The notes beneath the pieces were generated by a model, which was given only the letters and a program-made list of their open reading frames with translations, searched no databases and was not told where the DNA came from. DNA of 63,363 nt, filler included, from Olpidium bornovanus S191 (taxonomy: Eukaryota > Fungi > Olpidiomycota), in NCBI GenBank assembly GCA_017911155.1. It is 21 parts of 21 records of this genome, joined end to end, with 100 filler letters (N's around TTAATTAATTAA, not from the genome) between each part and the next. Parts side by side here need not be neighbours in the genome. Positions count along the whole stretch, not along the records: positions 1 to 13,022 come from JAEFCI010003226.1; 20 more parts are not named here. One strand, 5' to 3'. The first letter of the stretch is position 1. Every line of letters starts with the position of its first letter. The translations under genes were made by a program, and so were the position numbers. Of the stretch, positions 1-11,816 are shown piece by piece.

Positions 1-727
1 AGGGAAGTAATGTTGCCAGGTATGGCGGCAATGGCGGTCCTGACAGTGTCATTTAAACCATCAAGATAAAGGACCATTTGACCATGGTCGTTCAATTCCC
101 CATTGAGAAGGGCAGCCGTGGCGTCGAATTTCAGGGTGTACGCTTGAACGGTATCTGTCTGGTGAAGTTGCCGGAGTTGACGACTGACAGCCAAAGAATC
201 TTAAGACGGGGCAAAGTGTGTTTGAAGTAAAGCTTGGAGGGCCGGCCACGAATCATCTCCTGTGGAGTGTTTGACGGTAAGTCAGCTGGTGCTCCAGTGA
301 GTTTGTTAGCAGCGAGAGCGCTTTGGTAAGCCGCTGGGATTTGCACCAATGAAAAATAGGTATTCAAATGATCGCAGAACTGTCTGAGCGCTTGAGGTCC
401 TCCTCTCGAATCAAATTTTGGGAGGTCGGTCAACATGGAGCGAAGGAGCTCTTGAGGCATTGCAGGTAAATGTTGTTCGGGGGCCGGATGGGAAAGTCGC
501 ACGCTACTCTTTTCCTTTCCCTGTACATGGGCCTTGTCCTGTAGGAGGATGCTCATGTCATGGAGTTCGGCACGGAGATGATCAATTTCGATTTGTTTCG
601 GGTCGGTGTCGCGTTCCAGGTGGCGTGACGGCCCAGCCGGTGTCGGTGTATCTGTCAACTCGAAAGGGACCTTGGTGAATATTGCTCTCTTTCCGGCGGT
701 GGGAACGTCTTCCTTGTCAAGCGGCAT
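1..727 (-). pseudogene. Ty3/gypsy-type Gag (capsid), frameshifted, one in-frame stop, truncated by the window edge
   Basis: ORF 131-727 has LPKFDSRGGPQALRQFCDHLNTYF. An alternate frame from about 255 reads SWPALQALLQTHFAPS*DSLAVSRQLRQLHQTDTVQAYTLKF...YLDGLNDTVRTAI, the typical retrotransposon-gag pattern. Confidence 0.8.
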
Positions 728-739
728 TTTGCGGCGTCA

Positions 740-1560
740 ATAGCGACAGCGACGACTGTGAGGCGCCGGCCTCGAGCGAACAGCGACGGCGAACGGCGAC
801 GGCGAACGGCGACGGCGAACGGCGGCGGCGAACGGCGACGGCGAACGGCGGCGGCGACGGCGACGGCGGCGGCGGTCGGCGATGGCGGTGGCGGTCGGCG
901 ACGGCGGACGGCGACGGCGGTCGGTGAGCGGACGGCGACGGCGATCGGGGAGCAAACGCTGCGGCGGGAAGCGGCGCTGCGGCGGAGCGCAGCGGCGGCA
1001 ATGGGCGGCTGCTGCGAAGGTGGCGGAGAAGCGCAGCGGCTGCGGCGGCTGCGAAGACGCAGCGGCGATGAGATGACGGCGTCGGCGCAGAGGCGATCTG
1101 AAAGATGGCTTGCGGCGAAGAAGGCGGCGAAGCTTCTCCGTCAGGTCCGCGCTGCTGGGGAATCTTATCGACGCGTTGGCGAGCGCAAAACCGGTTTGGA
1201 AGGCATCGAAGCGCAGAGCGAAGCGCAAAAGCGGTAGCGAAGCGCAGGGCGAAGCGCAGGGCGAAGCGCAGGGCGAAGCGCAGGGCGAAGCGCAAAAGCG
1301 GCGGCGAAGCGCAGAACGGCGGTCGTTGAGCGCAGAGCGGCGGCGAAGCGCAGAGCGAAGCGCAAAGCGGCGGAGCGCAGCGGCGGCGAGCGGCGGCGCT
1401 GCGGGGATGGCAGCTGCGGGACGGCGGCGGCGCAGCGGCTGCGGCAGCGCGACGGCGGCGGCGGTCGGCGACGGCGGCGGCGGTCGGCGATGGCGGCGGC
1501 GATGAGTGTCCGGGGACGGCGGCTGCGGCGGCGGCGGGCGTCAACGGGAGGGGAAGGGGC
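740..1560. repeat. GC-rich low-complexity leader of element A (CGGCGA/CGGCGG units; GCGAAGCGCAGG 12-mer array at about 1240-1295)
   Basis: Visible directly. It generates the many spurious R/A-rich ORFs here. Confidence 0.9.
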
Positions 1561-1567
1561 GTCCCGT

Positions 1568-1580
1568 TGGGCTCATAACC
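1568..1580 (-). promoter_or_regulatory. Primer-binding site complementary to the anticodon stem-loop of initiator tRNA-Met
   Basis: The plus strand reads TGGGCTCATAACC (sense tRNA-iMet anticodon arm) and abuts the LTR terminus TG at 1581. Confidence 0.85.
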
Positions 1581-1984
1581 TGTTTGAGTTTGGTGTTTCG
1601 CCGAAGGTTGAGCGTTATATTGTACCGTGGTTTACGCGTCATAAGAGATAAGGGATACAAAGCGCGAAATTCTCTACACGTTCAATGTCACGTGACTAGC
1701 CCATTCTGGGGAAGTACTCAAAACCCTCGACGTTCCACTACAAAGTGGGGAAACCGAGGAAGAACCATTTTTCGACCCGCTCCTTCGCCTCTTCGCCCCT
1801 TCGCCAGAACCGCCCCAAACGCTTTGCGTTTTCTCCCGGCCCGGAAGAAACCCGCGCCGTCATTCCCGACGTCGCCGTCGCTTCCGCCTCTGCAAAATTC
1901 TTTGCGTCGTTTTTTGCACCGTACTTTTCTCCTTTTCGCGTTTGTTTTTGAGCTTGTTTTTGCTCGGCCGCGCTTTCGTTTTTC

Positions 1985-3600
1985 GTGCGCTCGTTCGTTT
2001 TGTCCACTTCGTTGTTCGTTCGCTTCGCTTCGTTGTTCGTTCGCTTCGTTCGTTCGCTTTGCTTCGCTTCGTTCGTTCGCTTCGTCCGTTCGTCTGTTTG
2101 TTCGCTTCCGTTGTCCGTTCGTTCGCTCGTTTACTTTTGCTGTCAACCACGTCCTTTTGTCAAGCCGCCGCTGACGATGCCCTTGCCACGTCGTCGACGC
2201 CGACGAGGCGAAACCCCCCCGCCGCTGTCGCCGCACATGGAGGCGACGCATGCTGCTGCCGCTTCCGCAACGACTGCGCCATCCAACCGCGTCGTTCGCT
2301 CCGCCGCTGCCCCGACAACAACTGCGCCGTCACACTGCGTCGTTCATTCGCCCACATCGTCCTTCGTGCCCGTCGACTCTGCTAACGTCGACCCCGCTAC
2401 CGTCGCCATTCCGCCGTCGCCGTCCCTCGACACTCGAATGGACTTACCGCCGCTTCATGTTCCCCTGTTTGTTCCAAAACAGGACGCGCCGGCCACCGCC
2501 GCTGCCACCGCTGCTGCTTCGTCCACCCGTGTCAGACTCGAGGCCAGCCGTCACAATCCCGCAAACGCTCCTGACGCCGTCCTTCGTCAGCAGAAGCTTG
2601 CTGGACTTGCTAAGTGGCGCACTTTGATTGTCGCACGTGTTAGTGCTGACACAGCGGCCGCCATTGTCGTCGAGGTTGACACCGTTCTCCCAGCCATCGT
2701 TGACGACCCGTCAGTTTTATTGCAGGAGCTGAGTGTTACCTGCGTCACTCTCGACGAGCGGCCCATCGAGATGGCCGCCAATTACCGTGCCCCCAACCGC
2801 TCCCTGTCGCTTCTCCAGGCAAGCCTCGACCGCACGGCCGCCCGTCTCGCCCGCCCATCGATGCTGTCACCCATCGAGTGTCCTTCATGCTTGCTTACCC
2901 CTGCCTCGGTCTCGTCGCCGCAGTTCGACGAACTGCCGCGGCAGCCATCAATGTTCATCCTCCTCGTCGACTAGCTCGTCCAGATTGTCGTCTTCTGATT
3001 CAAACGAGGAGCGTTTGCTGTCCCTGAGGCCCCGTCACTGGGCCGGAGAATCGACCTGCGTTTCCCGTGTCATCCCCCACGACCACTGCATCCGCATGAC
3101 TTCCGTATGGGATAATGCGCTTCAGCGTGGTGGTGGCTGGATCGCGCGGAAGCAGCGCTTCCTCTCCGAGCTCGAGCTGTCTGAAACCTTCACTGAGGCC
3201 CAGAAGCTCGCTGAATTGCGCAACAATGTTGCCTCTGAGTTGTGCAGTTTCCTTTGGGACATGGAGTGTCATCGTCCTGTTTCGACACTCCTGGAAGGCC
3301 TTGACGTCCTCGAGAATCTGTACGCGTCGTCCTACGCGTTGAACCCAAAACAGATTTTCGCGTCAAAGGTCACCCAGCTTCGTCAGGAGCCAACCGAGAA
3401 CATGGCCGCATGCCTAGTGAAAGCGAACTCGCTATGCATTGAATACGCCGCAGAGAGCAATCTCTGACCTAATCATCACCGCCGCCGTCAAAAGGCGATC
3501 GATTTTTGGGCCCGTGATTACCTGATGCCTGCGTTCCTTCGGGGATTGCAGGATTGGTTCGCCCATCTGCGGGATGATCGATCGAAACGGTGGGGTAAGG
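1985..3600 (+). pseudogene. Gag/capsid-like retroelement ORF, frameshifted near 2950-3000 with a stop at 3465-3467; TTCG(C/T) repeat leader at about 1975-2140
   Basis: WIARKQRFLSELE...TEAQKLAEL...LENLY...FASKVTQLRQEPTENMAACLVKANSL...AFLRGL has the LxQ...E.....and F..GL spacing of retroelement capsids. No introns seen. Confidence 0.5.
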
Positions 3601-6102
3601 GAAGCAGATCCGTCGAACGACGCCCCCTGGCAGAAAGCGGCAGTGTGGCCTATTTCAGACAAGAAATTTCAAGTGCAGCTATCTAACTCCTCATCGACCA
3701 CGGCCTCTGTGCATCCACATGAAATAATTACCAATTATCGTGGCATTGATAGATTGCTGATGTCATCAACGGCAGCGAGATTTCCTAGAGCACGATCCAT
3801 TTGCGGTTGTGAATTGTTTGGGTGAGTTCGACGAGCATGGTGCATAGATTGCGCAAATTGAGAAACACCATGGTGCCATGTCCCCCCAGGATTTGCATAT
3901 CAGAAACGCCGACATCGTCAGCCGCATAATGTAAGCACTTCGAGAGAGGGCTGCCCGTGAGGAATTACAGCCTGAACGTGAGGACCGCGCTTACGATGAC
4001 AATAAAATTATTTTAATCGTCATCAAAGAGAATGTAATTAATGACATTATTCGTGGATCATTATATTCAAATTTGTCCCTTAATCTTGGGGCAAAACTTT
4101 GTGTGCTGTTCATCATGGCTTAAAACGGTGTCCGTCCGTTACCCAGACGGCGCATGCGAGCATAACATTGACTGCCGATGCCGTTGGGCGAAAATCGTTC
4201 TTCAGGAAGAACCGGGAAAGTCTAACAAAAAGACATGTGTGCTAATCCTCGAGGGCCTTTACGTAGATCGTTAAGTGAATGTTGTCAAAAGTTACCAAGA
4301 CTGCATCTCTCGTGCGCATAAGGCTCGTACAGCCTTATCATAATGTCCCCGGCATGCGGCACTTGCTCCAGCAACGGTGCGCCATTGGACCAAGGATTTT
4401 ATGGTCCTTATTGGCTATAATTGTTCCTTTGAACAAGTAAAGCTACGTCGCAACTGGCAGGTTGAAAATACAGCTACGTCGCAACTGGCAGAAGGCCTAC
4501 CGTTAGAGCGAATCTCTCGTGATTGGTTGAATACGCCGAAAACAAAGTTGTGCCACTACGACCTCTGCGGCCACACCGTCCGTGTTCTTTGGCCTGCTTA
4601 GATGACTATAAGTACATTAAATAATATTATAAATATACTCGGGCGAGTCCATAAGAGTTAGGAACGGGGACCGAAGAGTAAGCAAATGACAAAAATATTC
4701 GAGAAGGTTTTCACCGATGCGGCAAAGGCGTGTGTTGACAGGGTCATCTCGACAGCTACACTTCCGGTCGAGATGTTGAAGATCTGAGAACGGCGCTGTT
4801 CAGAGACGGAATTACTTACCGATCCCCGTTGTTCAGCCGGAACTCAGCTTTTGTTGCGGCCAGTCAGTCTGAATGCCCCAGGCTTGTTTCGAGGACGCGT
4901 AATGTAGAGAAAAGGCAGCTCTCCTTTCGCAATTCCGCGCCATACCGCGCATTTTTTCTTTTTGTGCCTATCTTTCTTCCCACAAATTCTTCTCTCACTC
5001 TTCACAGGAGCCTGCGGCAACTTGTAGCACCGTGTAACATGCTCCTCCGAGTTGTTCGTTACTCTATCATCTACTATTTTTGAGAGGAGCTGAAAAAATT
5101 ATTCAGGAAGGGGTGTCTTATTTTGCCCTGCCGTTCGAGGCGCACGTACTCAATTGATTTTCTTCCTCCCTCCCCCCCCAACCACGCATTATTTCGCCCT
5201 CGTGCCTTGTTTTCTGCGCGAAATTACACATTACTTCCTGCCTGCTGCCTTGCTTGTCTGCATCAATAACTTCCTCTTTGTTCCGCCACCAACTCTGCCT
5301 CTTGCCGCGCTTGACCGGTCTATAATCCCGGTGTTATTATTGTTTTCCGAGCTTGGAAGCAGTGTTTCCTCTACATCGTCTTCTACCAGTTGTGCTAGTT
5401 CTGCGTCACTTATCCACGACACGTCGGATAGATTTTTTCAAGCTAGTTCAGTTGAATCTGCCTACAAGCTAGTGAAACCGTCCTTACTCGTAGGATAATG
5501 AGGGTTCGCCCGAGTTTCTCCAGGCAAAGTAGGCAAATATGAAGGAGAGACGGTTGAACTAGTTTGGTGCACCTCACCCACTTTTTTTTACCTTCGTTGA
5601 GTGTGCGAGCACTACCGCTTTATTGCCATTCTCATGATCACCAAGTGTTTGGTTTTGGTAGCTTTTACGTGCTTGAACGAGGTTTATCTACCGGTCTCAT
5701 TCAAAGCTTCTCACATCTTCCATGGCGCATCGAGGTTCGACTCCTTGCCTGTTGAATGCGGCGCTTGCATGGCGATGGCGTGACATCTACCATGTCAGGC
5801 GAATTATTTCACTGGCTAGTGGATCGGAAAGCACGGTGGGACACGGCGTGTTATCCATCGATTGGAATGCTCATCAAGTTATCATAGTTCAACCGTCTTT
5901 CTCTCGGATTAATTTGGTTCGCCTACCGGAAACCTAAAGGGGCGCTGTGTTTCATTAGCGGTGCAATGATCGATTGCTTCGACTGCCGACGCACACCGCC
6001 CGCCCTCGAGCGGCGCACACCCCCGGGCGAGGTCTCTCCCATTCCTCCTTGGTCGACCCCCGCGCCACAACGCCTCACCCGCGCAAAGCGGACCTTGCCC
6101 AA

Positions 6103-7571
6103 ATGGAAGCCGCCAATTGCCGCACGGCCGGCGCGCCTGGACTCTCGAAGGTGCCTGCGGTCGAGAAGAACCACCAGAACGGCGGCGGCGGCGTGCCTGT
6201 AGTGCGCTCCACCAACAGCCGCGGGGCGGGAGGCGACGACCTGGTGAGGGGGGACCGCTCCGAAACCCGGATTCCGTTCGCCGTGCAGCTCCGCGGTTTT
6301 CTCTGACGTCTGCCTTGAACTGTTTGCAGACTGTCATACCAAGCAACGACCTCGCAGATGTATGGGACGACAGGGCGCTCATCGAGGCGTGGGAAGCAGC
6401 TCAGCAGGAGTACATGGTGTGCACCAGGAGAGACGGGCGTGCCTGTGTTGTTGTCTGAAAGCGCGCGGGCTTGGCGAAAGCTGTAGCAGCGACATCTTTT
6501 CCGTGCACGCATAGGAGTACCACAGCCTGATTGCTACTAAGAAGGATAGCAAAGAATGTTATAGGTGTGGCTAACCGGACAGTGGTTAAATTTAATGCAA
6601 AGCGTGGTGTTAACAACCGTATGAGCGACTTCGGACTGAAACCAGCCTTCGGTGCAGTTCGGACTCCAAGCAGCCCGACAGTCAGCAACAGCGCCAAGTT
6701 GGTTGATGTGTAGGTTAATGCACGCTACAATCCCCCAACGCTGACAACTTCTGGCTCTGCCTTGCCAGACCGTAGCCAATATTTCCACGCCTGAAACTTA
6801 TGTCAGCGAATCTCAATCATCCGCCAGTGGTACGTTATATCACAACCATATTTCTGGCAGACGGCTGGCGAGTATTGGTTCTAATTACCTTCAAACTATT
6901 TAGCGATCTCTGACGTGAATTCGAGCGCAGTGGCCTCCAACGCGCAATCCGTAAGATGGAAGTGAATTTGCATTTTTTGGCAGCCGTCATCGCTTTAATT
7001 TCGACATCTTTTTGCCGGGGGGTTTTTTTGGGAACGCACGCCCGACGGTGCGCATTAATTTCGACGCCTAGGCGAAGGCCTTCCCCGCCAACACGTGCGT
7101 TACCCCGGCGCCGGAGTCTGCCGCGCGTGCAGTAGCTCAGGATACATATGTGGAGGCTGAACCCAAGGACGATGTCACGCCGCTACCTGATCAGCAACAA
7201 CAACATGTGCCGGTTAAACAGAAGGAGTACGCGGCGGACGGAAGTTTTGACGCCGGTTACCAATATCATCCTGTGCCGCCTGTAATGTCTTCGCTGAACG
7301 TAACGGTAGGCTCGCTGGCGTATGTCCGCCTTTTCACGGGGGTTTCGAGTTATCGCTTACGTGCGCTTCTTCTTTTCATAACGTGTTTGGCTTAGCCGCC
7401 TGCGGAGGGATCCGAGCCTGTGCAAATGGGTACTGTTCTGGAAACATCATTTCTTGTATTAAGTGCAGATGCTCGAGTCAGTTGGCTGATAAATTTTCCT
7501 CTTCAGATCAAAACTTATCAAACTTACTGATGTCATGGTATTTCGCTGGGTACTACACTGGACTTCACCAG
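6103..7571 (+). CDS. SMN1: Survival motor neuron protein homolog (multi-exon; 3' end not fixed)
   Basis: Exon 6330-6416 encodes DVWDDRALIEAWEAAQQEY (Gemin2-binding motif). Exon 7507-7571 encodes NLLMSWYFAGYYTGLHQ (YG box). Both are flanked by GT-AG introns. Confidence 0.85.
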
Positions 7572-8945
7572 GTAAATTGTTACCGATTATTCTCATTCTT
7601 TGTAGTTGGCGTTGTAGAGTTCGCTGACCAGCTGGGTCGATCTGTGTTGGACGTAGGGGCGGCGAGGCTTATGACGGTGCCGAATGCATTCAATCTGGTT
7701 TCCTCTGAACAAATTGTCTAAAAACCAACATTTCGTTATGGCGGCAGAGCCTTAAATGCACAATCTAGTATCAAGAATGTATATAGATGATCCGGTCTTT
7801 GCGAAATCCTAGTCAAATATATGGACGGGTTTTCCATTCTCTAGAAATCTCATTAAGAATTGGAAAACGACCTAAATATCCGTCACAGGTCTAACCACCC
7901 CTTGACTTCACGCGGAGACAACAAGCAATGCAACGCAACACATGATGCCACGCAAAGCAAAAGCTCAAAGGCTATGAATGCGAAAATTGAGCACGGTCCC
8001 GGGCAGCTGCTGATAATTTGCAACTCCAATACTGGGTCGAGAAACATTCAATTTTTCCGGATCAGGATGGACCAGACTTATCCTGGTCTTCCGTACTTTC
8101 TTTGGGAGCAGAGAAGTCACCCATGCGACCAGCTTAGGGGTGTTCTCATGGAATCTAATGTATCTGCAGGGCGGCTGCACGGTAGCCGGATCTGTTTTCA
8201 GTCTGCTACATCTCAAACGTCCAATCGGCCATTTGAACTTTCAAGGAATTTCCTTCATGACTAAGCCCAAGTAAATTGACTGGAATACGCTATGTGAACC
8301 CGGACAATGTTTAAGGACAGCATAAATTAGCAGAAAAGAGAAGCTGACGGACGAGGAGATGCTCGGCGGCTAAAGCGAGAGGGGTGACTGAGATCGAGGA
8401 ACCCAGGCCCCAGATTCGCTCAACTGCCGCCCTACCTGTTGCAACCCTTCGTTCTGATCTAGGCGTACTGTCGCGGCTTGCCCCCAGGAAGGGCAAAATG
8501 GAAACACCAGCTGCTGCTTGGTATTTGCGCACGACCAGGTTGGTGTGCGTAACGGGTAAGCGTGCTCCCGCACCGAGGCGACCCGTCCCCAGGACACGGG
8601 AAATCGTGAGTGCTGTCAAGGTTCTTCAAAGGAGGAGAGCAGCGGGTGGTAGGCAAATATCGACTGGGCCGTGTTTGTCGTTACCGTCGTCGTTGTCGTC
8701 CGCGACCGCCTCTCGCCTGCTGCGGCGTTGCCGCAGCCTTACGTGCGGGGGTCGGCGGTTAGGGAAACTGAGGTAGGGAGGTGCACGGAGAGTGGCAGAT
8801 CCGGGCCCTTCACTTAGTCCTGGGTCCCCCTTTCACCACAGTTATCAGAAAAGGTCGCCGAGTGTGAACAAATTCGCGCTCCGACACGCGACCGTGCTCG
8901 CGAAAACGCGAACGCAACGGCCCGCGTGCGGCTGCCGCCGGGGAC

Positions 8946-11206
8946 ATGACTGCGACGAAGCTCCCGGTCCCTGTCGTCGTCGGGATCGCTGTGAGGTACC
9001 AGCCGGTCGCGAAGTTCGGCATGTACGTGCACGAAAGCTTCTGGACTTTGGAGTTCGACGAACAGAACTCGGATTCGGACAGAGAAAAGGACGAGCAGGC
9101 GCTCCATACGGCCATCGTCCGCCATGTCCAGTGTTTTCAGCGCAGTGGTAACTACAAAGGTAACCCTGTCTTTTTCACCGGGCTGTGCCTGAGTATGTTT
9201 TGCTTTCCCTGTATCGCGTGTAACCTCCGTCTCTCGGCAGTGATCATTGCGGGCCTTGCGACGGACGGGACGCCGTCGGCCAACCGTGACAGCCCGGAAA
9301 GACTCCGGAAGCTGGCGCGCAAGCTTTGGTTTGAAGTAGATGTCCTCCCTTGCATTAGGCACGCTGAAGGACTCGGCCTACACGACCTCGCCTGCTCTGT
9401 CTCAAGGAAGGCTCTTCAGCATCTGGAGCACAGTCTGCTTCCTGGAATCGTTCGAGTCGAGGTTGGCTGCAGGTTTGGCAGTTTATGTACTAACTTTGGA
9501 TCTATTTAACTGGAAACAGACCTAAGTTCCGTTCTTGCCACCCACCAGACACGAGGTTGAAGTAGATGCCAACGGCAGGCTGGAATTCGCTGATCTAGCC
9601 GATTACAGGGGTTTTTGCCGCCCGGAAACATGGGCCGAACTCCTCTCCACGGCCGATCGCGTGAATAAATGCAAGAAGTCCATCGTATTTTTTAACTCAA
9701 CTCCGCGTGGCGGTGGCGTCGCAATCATTCGGCATTCGACCATTCGACTTTGCAGGCTCTTGGGCATCAACGCCCATTGGTGCGTAGGCGGTGCCGTGCA
9801 TTCGTAGCAGAGCTCTCAGGAAAGCGCCATAACGATTTACAACATCTTGAAAACAGGCAGTGCCTTCGAGTTAAAAACTAATTGCCGTCCTGTTCTTCGA
9901 CAGGTACACAATGAAGCCAAATCCGGACATCTTCGTAGTCACGAAGAAGAAATTCCACAATGTCCTCCAGGGGGTGGCGACCGATACCTGGCTCGCAGAA
10001 GAGGATGAACGCCAGTACATCGAGTGGTGCCTGCAGAACGTGGACCGTTACTGGGCGGACCCCGACGGTCCCGTCGCGGGAGCGGACGTGATCGTTGTAG
10101 ATGACCCGCAGTCGAGCGGTATGATCAAGAGGTTAAAGGAGGTTAACCGGAGGGCGAAGTTCGTCTACCGCAGTCACATCGAGGTCAGGTCGGACCTGCT
10201 GAGGGACAGTTTTACCACTCAAGCGAGAACATGGAAGTTCCTCTGGCAAAGCATCCGACTGTGCGACGTCTTCGTGTCGCACCCAGTCGAAAGCTTTATC
10301 CCAGATGACGTCCGGGAGTCGGGGATGCAGATTCTTAAAATGCCCGCCATAACTGACCCTACCGACGGACTAAACAAGCCTCTCGACAAGTATTCGCTAA
10401 ATTATTATCACGCTCTGTTCAACCGCGCTGCCCTCGAAAATGGCGCGACAAAAGCGGATTTCACTCGTCCTTATTTCGTGCAGATATCGCGTTTCGACCC
10501 TTCCAAGGGCATACCAGATCTTGTGGATGCATACGTCGAGTTCCGACGATCACCAAAAACCGGCCGCTTTGAGACTCAGCAAATTCCCCAGCTTATTATC
10601 ACGGGCCACGGTTCCATAGACGATCCGGTAGAGTGTTCGGCGATCGCATTTTTGTGAGTCCACAGATCTTTAACGCTTCTCTATAATGCTTTTTTAAAGG
10701 AAGGCGTATCGGTACATAAAGAGATCATGGCGCACATTAAAAGTATTGTTGCGAGTGCCAGCGCGGAGAACGCCTTCTGCCCCAGCGGCGCAGAAGCTCG
10801 GGTATCGGACTCGACGGTCAAGGTCCAGGACATCGTGCGGGACATCCACGTTGTGCGTCTTTCGCCCTCGGACCGGACGCTTAACGCCCTCCTGCAAACG
10901 GCGCTCGCCGCGTTTCAGTTGAGCCATCGCGAGGGGTTCGAGATAAAGGTCACCGAGGCCCTCCTCAAAGGCGTTCCCGTCGTCGCGTACGCCGCCGGCG
11001 GCATCCCGCTCCAGATCCGGCACGAAATCGACGGCGTCCTGCTTCCCGTTGCCGACGTCCGCGGCGTCGCCAACGCCATGTGGCGTCTCGTTCTCGAGCC
11101 GGCATACCGCGCTCACCTCTCCAAGAACGCTCGCTCGCAAAACCGCGAAGAGTTCTTGACCCCTTGCAATGTACTCAAGTGGTGCAAGGTCATGCTCGAA
11201 TCCTGA
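8946..11206 (+). CDS. Fungal trehalose phosphorylase / trehalose synthase, glycosyltransferase family 4 (ccg-9-like), multi-exon
   Basis: FFNSTPRGGGVA, KKKFHNVLQG, VVDDPQ, YRSHIEVRSDL, QISRFDPSKGIPD, GHGSIDDP, LSHREGFEIKVTEAL, YAAGGIPLQI. Confidence 0.92.
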
Positions 11207-11816
11207 AAAGGCCTTTGCGATAGGAGAAATATCCCGCGCTCCTGACCACTCTTCTATGAATTTTGGTCGCCTGATCTCTGGTTTATCGAATCTCTGCCGC
11301 AAAACAGAATGTATTTTCGGCTGTCCATTTGCGTTGTTGTCTGTTGTCTCTCCACCTCAGATAGAGACAACACCCTTCACAAGCCCATCTTGCAACGCCC
11401 ACCGTTGATTCATAAAGTTCCCAGGCACGCTTTACACGCTTGGCAAAACATACAACATATTCCCATCTTCAAAACTTTCTCCATTTGACGATCGGGCTGC
11501 GAAGAGCAAAGCAAGGAAGTCGGTAAACCTGAGCAAACGGTCGCTTGCGACGAGAACATAAGCTCAGAGCATGGCCGCTAAAAGCCTTACAGCCCCGCCT
11601 GCCGGGCTCCCCGTGGAACAACATCCTTTGCAATACCAGCGACGCAGGCTGCAGCACAGAAACGGCGTGCTGAAGGACATAGGTCGACTTTGATCAGGGT
11701 ATGAATAAGCTTTCGTTTCCAAAACGTGAGCTCGGAAAAAGACTTCGGAGCGGGGCGCCAATCGGAACAGGGGTTTCAAGCTAGTGGAAGCGTGTTTTTG
11801 ACGCCGTGGCCCGGGT

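Larger units (their letters stand above)
1..1742 (-). mobile_element. LTR retroelement A, 5' part: LTR (1581 to about 1724-1742), PBS (1568-1580), GC-rich leader (about 740-1560), gypsy-type gag (727 to <1)
   Basis: On the minus strand ...CTCAAACA is followed directly by GGTTATGAGCCCA, then a repetitive leader, then gcaaaATG of gag. The distal LTR end is uncertain. Confidence 0.75.

Noticed and set aside
682-2400. Many long R/A/P-rich ORFs in all frames
   Set aside because: Produced by stop-poor GC repeats of retroelement leaders; no domain content.
4441-4491. 20-bp direct repeat AGCTACGTCGCAACTGGCAG with an 11-bp spacer as a mini CRISPR array
   Set aside because: Only two copies, spacer too short, eukaryotic context, no cas genes; a simple local duplication.
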